Assembly (NCBI GenBank): GCA_016207165.1
Contig: JACQQD010000006.1
Location: forward strand, 1-40,579
DNA from: Candidatus Micrarchaeota archaeon
GTDB taxonomy: Archaea; Micrarchaeota; Micrarchaeia; Norongarragalinales; Norongarragalinaceae
Length of the DNA: 40,579 nucleotides
Direction of reading: 5' to 3'
Shown here: positions 35,832 through 40,579 of the stretch, piece after piece
Position numbering within the stretch: the stretch's first letter is position 1
How the letters are laid out: every line of letters starts with the position of its first letter
Program-made: the position numbers and the translations under genes
Notes under the pieces: model-generated
The model's input: only the letters and a program-made list of their open reading frames with translations
Database searches by the model: none
Told to the model about the DNA's origin: nothing

Positions 35832-36548
35832 ATGGCCGCACCGCTGCCTCCGCTTTTGGCCGAAACGATGTTATTTGCCAATGCGTTGGTCATCGCTTTG
35901 GTCGCTTGGGCCGTTCACCGCACGGTGCAGTCGTTGAAGTGGCCGCAAAACACGCGTAATTTGGTCTTCGGCGTATCAACTGCCGTTCTGGTGGGTTGGT
36001 TTGTTGCAGCGTATTTCCTCGCCGAGACCGGTTTTTTTCAGGGTACGACGTTCTTGTTTCCCCACATTGGCTTGCTTTTTTTGCCCATCGTGTTGGGTTT
36101 GTGGCTGATTTTTTCCGAGCGCTTCAAACCGGTTTTTGGCGTCCTTCCTTTGGCTTTGATTTTCGGGATTCAAACGTTCCGGTTGTTGGGCTGGTATTTT
36201 CTGGATTTGCATGCGCGGGGCTTGATGCCAGCCGAGTTTGCGCTTCCTTCGGGTTGGGGCGACGTTTTGATCGGCATTACCGCTCCGGTGGTTGCGTACG
36301 CCTATTTCGTGAAAAAGCCGTACGCCAAAAAACTGGCGATTGGATGGAACGTGGCGGGGTTGGCTGATTTGGCGACGGCCATCTTTCTCGGGTTTTTCAC
36401 CTCTCCAACGCCGTATCAGGCCTTGGCGCTTGACTTGCCCAACAGCCTTTTGTTCGCGTTTCCGCTGGCGCTTATTCCCACGTTTGCTGTGCCGCTCTCG
36501 ATTCTTCTGCATGCGGCATCACTCAAGGCGCTGTCCGTGCCGCGTTGA
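35832..36548 (+). CDS. Conserved-looking multi-TM membrane protein
   Basis: IQTFRLLG..F, P.FALPSGWGD.LIG, WNVAGLADL, FPLALIPTFAVP; about seven TM segments. Confidence 0.8.
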   Translation: MAAPLPPLLAETMLFANALVIALVAWAVHRTVQSLKWPQNTRNLVFGVSTAVLVGWFVAAYFLAETGFFQGTTFLFPHIGLLFLPIVLGLWLIFSERFKPVFGVLPLALIFGIQTFRLLGWYFLDLHARGLMPAEFALPSGWGDVLIGITAPVVAYAYFVKKPYAKKLAIGWNVAGLADLATAIFLGFFTSPTPYQALALDLPNSLLFAFPLALIPTFAVPLSILLHAASLKALSVPR

Positions 36549-36630
36549 TTCGTTGAATTTTTCTTGCGTGCTGCCGGTTTTTAATTTCGTTTTCCTAGTG
36601 TTTGGACGGAATGCCGAGGGGTAAACGCTT

Positions 36631-37872
36631 TTGGGAACGCCTGATGGAAATCGGTTTGACGTCATCGTCTGCGGGGCAGGGCCGGCGGGCAGCGCGTGCG
36701 CCTATTACTTGGGCCAGGCGGGCTTTTCGGTGTTGTTGTTGGACCGCGCGCGTTTTCCCAGGGACAAGATTTGCGCGGACAACAAGTCCTGGATTTGCAC
36801 GTCGATTCTCAAGGACATGGGGCTCTGGAATGATTTCTTGAAATTGCCGAAACAGGAAATTTCGGCCATGATTTTCAGCACGCCTGGAGGTCACGAGATC
36901 CGGGTGCCGCTTTCAGAAGAAAAAATTCATTCCGATGGCCCCCATTACAACGTGCGCCGGAAACTCTTTGATGGTTTCTTGTTTCAAGCCGCCAAAAAGC
37001 AAAGGACCGTGAAGGCGTTGGAGGGCTTTCAAGTTCTGGGGGTGTTGAAAGAAAACGGGCGCGTGGTCGGCGTCAATGGGTTGGATTTCAAGGGCCGCCG
37101 CCGAAGCTTTTTTGCGTCCGTGGTGGTCGGCGCGGATGGTTCGCAGAGCGTGGTGGCCAAGTCGGCGGGAATCAATCCCGTGGTGGCCGAGCGGCATGCC
37201 ACCAACGCGCGCGTGTACTTCAAGGGCGTGTCATGCGACCGGCATGCCGTGGAATTGCATTACTTGGAGGGCGTCAACCCCGGTTATTTCTGGATTTTTC
37301 CGGTGGATGGCGGGCTCTGCAACGTGGGCGTTGGGCTTCGGACGCAGGACGTTCAAAGAAGGCGTCTCAATCCCGTCAAGGAACTGACCCGCATCATTGA
37401 TTCGCCGCGATTCAGGACTCGTTTTTCCAAGGCCCGGCAAATCGTTCCCGTCGGCGTTTGGGGTGTCACGGTCGGCGGAACAAAGAAGCGGCCGTTCTCG
37501 GGGGCCGGATTCGTTTTGTGCGGGGACGCGGCCAACACGGCCGTCACGTTTGCGGGGGAGGGCGTGGGGCCGGCGATGCGGTCCGGGAAAATTGCCGCGG
37601 AGCAAGTCGGTTTGGCGTTGCATCAAGGCGACGTTTCGGCCAAAAGTCTCAGGCGGTATGACGACGTGCTATGGCGAATCATTGGTCCGGAAAATCGGGC
37701 TATGGCGTCGTTGGAGTTTTTGATCAAAAACCCGGCGGTTTTTGATTTTGCCGTCAAGCGGGGCGCGGGTCGGGGCGACCTGGCGAAACTGGCGTCGGAC
37801 ATCGCGTCGGATTACCGCAATGCGGCAAGGATTTGGTCGCCGTCCACGCTGTTTAAGCTGTTGGGTGGCTAA
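36631..37872 (+). CDS. Second geranylgeranyl reductase family FAD oxidoreductase
   Basis: DVIVCGAGPAGS, FPRDKIC, VGADG, PGYFWIFP, GDAA..FAGEGVGPAMRSG. Confidence 0.9.
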   Translation: MGTPDGNRFDVIVCGAGPAGSACAYYLGQAGFSVLLLDRARFPRDKICADNKSWICTSILKDMGLWNDFLKLPKQEISAMIFSTPGGHEIRVPLSEEKIHSDGPHYNVRRKLFDGFLFQAAKKQRTVKALEGFQVLGVLKENGRVVGVNGLDFKGRRRSFFASVVVGADGSQSVVAKSAGINPVVAERHATNARVYFKGVSCDRHAVELHYLEGVNPGYFWIFPVDGGLCNVGVGLRTQDVQRRRLNPVKELTRIIDSPRFRTRFSKARQIVPVGVWGVTVGGTKKRPFSGAGFVLCGDAANTAVTFAGEGVGPAMRSGKIAAEQVGLALHQGDVSAKSLRRYDDVLWRIIGPENRAMASLEFLIKNPAVFDFAVKRGAGRGDLAKLASDIASDYRNAARIWSPSTLFKLLGG

Positions 37873-37882
37873 GCCGTAATGG

Positions 37883-38038
37883 ATGGAAGAAAAGCGCGTG
37901 GGGTCAAGCACCCTCTTTCTATGCGGCGAGTGCGGGTTGGCGTACCTGGAAAAAAGTTGCGTGGAAAAGTGCGAGGCGTGGTGCAAGAAGCACTCGTCCT
38001 GCCCCATTGAAATTATCTCGCATGCGGTAGCCGACTGA
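37883..38038 (+). CDS. 51-aa Cys/His-rich (Zn-finger-like) small protein
   Basis: MEEKRVGSSTLFLCGECGLAYLEKSCVEKCEAWCKKHSSCPIEIISHAVAD; below the ORF-track length cutoff. Confidence 0.7.
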   Translation: MEEKRVGSSTLFLCGECGLAYLEKSCVEKCEAWCKKHSSCPIEIISHAVAD

Positions 38039-38092
38039 GTTTTTCCTAAAATTTAGCCTTCCTTTTTGTGGGTCAAGATGGCGTCGCGTTTT

Positions 38093-38473
38093 TCAGGGCT
38101 TTTTCTTTTGGAAGTCCAGGCACACCGAATTGATGCAGTACCTTTTTCCAGTGGGTCCGGGCCCGTCGTCAAAAACGTGTCCGAGGTGTCCGCCGCACTT
38201 TTTGCAAAGCACTTCCACGCGTGCCATGCCGTGCGAGTCATCGGCTTTCGTCACGATTTTGTCTTTGTTGGCTTCGAAAAAACTGGGCCAGCCGGTGCCG
38301 GAATCGAATTTGGTTTCCGACGAGAATAATTCGGTGCCGCATCCGGTGCAGCGGTAAGCGCCTTTTTCGTGGTGGTTCCAGTACGTTCCGGAAAAGGCGG
38401 CCTCCGTGCCTTTTTCGCGCAGGACGCGGTATTGTTCCGGCGAGAGTTTTTCCTTCCAGTCTTTTTCGGCCAT
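38093..38473 (-). CDS. msrB: Methionine-R-sulfoxide reductase
   Basis: [42 protein letters not shown]. Confidence 0.97.
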   Translation of the reverse strand: MAEKDWKEKLSPEQYRVLREKGTEAAFSGTYWNHHEKGAYRCTGCGTELFSSETKFDSGTGWPSFFEANKDKIVTKADDSHGMARVEVLCKKCGGHLGHVFDDGPGPTGKRYCINSVCLDFQKKKP

Positions 38474-38525
38474 GGGGCAAATGGTTTATTGGGGTTGCCG
38501 TGTTTTTAGGTGTTGGGTTGAATCA

Positions 38526-39572
38526 ATGAAGACTTCCGAGACGCCAATGCAATGGCTCCAGAACTGGCATGGGGATTGGAGCCTGCTTTCGTGTTCCTAT
38601 TTTGGACAACAGTACACGCAGAGCATTGGCCCCGAATTGGGGTGCGTCATCCCTCGGTGCGTGCTGGTTGTTCAAGCCGGGCATTCGGCGTGCTTTTTTC
38701 CCAAGGATGATTTGGATGCGTTCGGTGGATTTCTGGCAAGACGGGTGGCCGACGATTCTGCGTTGCCGAAAAAATGGGCGGGGCAAATGAAGCAGGCCGC
38801 CGATGTCTCGTTGCTGGAGTGCCAGAAAACTGGACGGGTTTCGCGGGAGCGCTTTGATGCGGTCTGGGACGCGCTGTACGGTTTTGTCGGACCCAATCTA
38901 GCGGTAAAGAAAGTCGTGGACTACTTGCCAGAAAAACTTCTCAAGCGCCACTTGCCGGTTTTGGAGGACGCGCGCGTGAATGCCGAGCCCGTGTACGCAA
39001 AATCCGAGGAATTCATGCGGAACACGTTTGAATCCATTTCCAAAAAGACGGGCGTGCCAGCGAAGTGGGTGGGTGGCTGTCTCAAAAAAGAACTAGATCG
39101 GTTTTGGCGGTCGGGAGCACTGCCGTCCGAATCCGTTCTGGAAAAGCGTTTTGCGTTGTCCGTGCTGTTTTTTGACCGTGGCAAGGCCGCGCTTTCAACG
39201 GGACGTGCCGCGGAAAAAATTCGGGATTCCGTGAAGTCCGTCTCCGGCGGGAAACTCCGTGGCCATTGTGCGTACCCCGGCGTGGTTGAAGGTACGGTGC
39301 GGGTCGTGTTGGATCCCGTCAAAGCGAAAAACTTCCGGCAAGGCGACGTGTTGGTGGCGGGCATGACGCGGCCCGAGTTTTTGCCGTTGATGAAAAAAGC
39401 GTCGGCGGTGGTCACCGACGCCGGCGGGATCCTGTCGCATGCCGCCATCGTGTGCCGCGAACTGGGGGTTCCGTGCGTGGTGGGCACTTTGTCGGCGACG
39501 ACGCGGCTTAAGGACGGCGATTGGGTTGTCGTTGACGCAAAAAACGGCGTGGTGCGCGTGAAGGGCCACTGA
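38526..39572 (+). CDS. Stand-alone PEP-utiliser swivelling (phospho-His) domain protein
   Basis: C-terminal GDVLVAGMTRPEF..VTDAGGILSHAAIVCRELGVPCVVG; no ATP-grasp domain recognisable. Confidence 0.88.
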   Translation: MKTSETPMQWLQNWHGDWSLLSCSYFGQQYTQSIGPELGCVIPRCVLVVQAGHSACFFPKDDLDAFGGFLARRVADDSALPKKWAGQMKQAADVSLLECQKTGRVSRERFDAVWDALYGFVGPNLAVKKVVDYLPEKLLKRHLPVLEDARVNAEPVYAKSEEFMRNTFESISKKTGVPAKWVGGCLKKELDRFWRSGALPSESVLEKRFALSVLFFDRGKAALSTGRAAEKIRDSVKSVSGGKLRGHCAYPGVVEGTVRVVLDPVKAKNFRQGDVLVAGMTRPEFLPLMKKASAVVTDAGGILSHAAIVCRELGVPCVVGTLSATTRLKDGDWVVVDAKNGVVRVKGH

Positions 39573-39767
39573 ACGGTTCCGACTTTTTTTTAAATTGCGT
39601 TTTCTGGCTTTACTTGTCTCTTCGTTTTTCCATCGGATTTGGCGTTTTCAGGTTCCAGATTCCCGAATTTCATTTATTGGAGTTGTTTTATGACTGTATT
39701 TCGTTTTTGGGGTTCTATCCGCCCTTTTTTTATGAATTGGATGGGGTCTGCGGGGTTCGCGTTTCGG

Positions 39768-39782
39768 AAGATATTTAAAGGG
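39768..39782 (+). promoter_or_regulatory. Probable rRNA promoter (BRE/TATA)
   Basis: AAGATATTTAAAGGG about 250 nt upstream of 16S, followed by a hairpin-rich leader (for example TGCTCCCACG..CGTGGGAGCA at 40002-40031). Confidence 0.55.
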
Positions 39783-40033
39783 AGGTCGTGAAGATTGAAA
39801 GGCACGTTTTGGGTTTGCCAACGCGTGTTTTTCTAATGCTACCGTTCCCGGCGGACCCAGAGCATTCTGTCTATGAGGGTTCCGCTTTGTCAAACGGTGG
39901 CGTACGTGAGTATCCGAACCAAGCGACCCATGGCGGGGCGTTCATTCGGTTATGAGGCAGGCTCTGTAAGCAGTTAAGTTATAGGGTTCTTGCGACCCGT
40001 ATGCTCCCACGTCTCCCAAGGCGTGGGAGCACA

Positions 40034-40579
<546 letters not shown>

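Overview
Archaeal chromosomal window, GC-rich. It is probably DPANN (Micrarchaeota-like), inferred from gene content and the divergent 16S rRNA 5' end, not from a database search. Most of it is housekeeping: rnhB (partial), rps8e, gar1, tfb, acylphosphatase, trm1, rpl35ae, a RecJ-like DHH nuclease, TrmB, rps3ae, rps15, valS, a DUF47-PiT-PhoU/AbrB phosphate operon, rpl7ae-rps28e-rpl24e, gltX, two geranylgeranyl-reductase-family flavoproteins, uppS, a DUF192-TadA-TadB/C cluster, PAC2, msrB and the 5' part of a 16S rRNA gene. The main accessory feature is an AT-richer ~5.7 kb element (28055-33730) integrated at the 3' end of tRNA-Leu(TAG). It is bounded by a 12-bp direct repeat, has 20-bp inverted repeats just inside both ends, and encodes a tyrosine recombinase. 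It carries two candidate defence/conflict modules: a three-gene winged-helix cluster ending in a DUF4145-like HEPN protein, and a SocA-like-wHTH/DUF488 fusion with an OB-like partner. Other notable items are an apparent archaeal homologue of plant Whirly ssDNA-binding proteins near the RecJ-like gene, a synonymously recoded duplicate of the tfb 3' end flanking a GC hairpin, a protein resembling DPANN DGR targets, and two small ORFs missing from the supplied track. All family calls come from motif recognition by eye; no searches were run.
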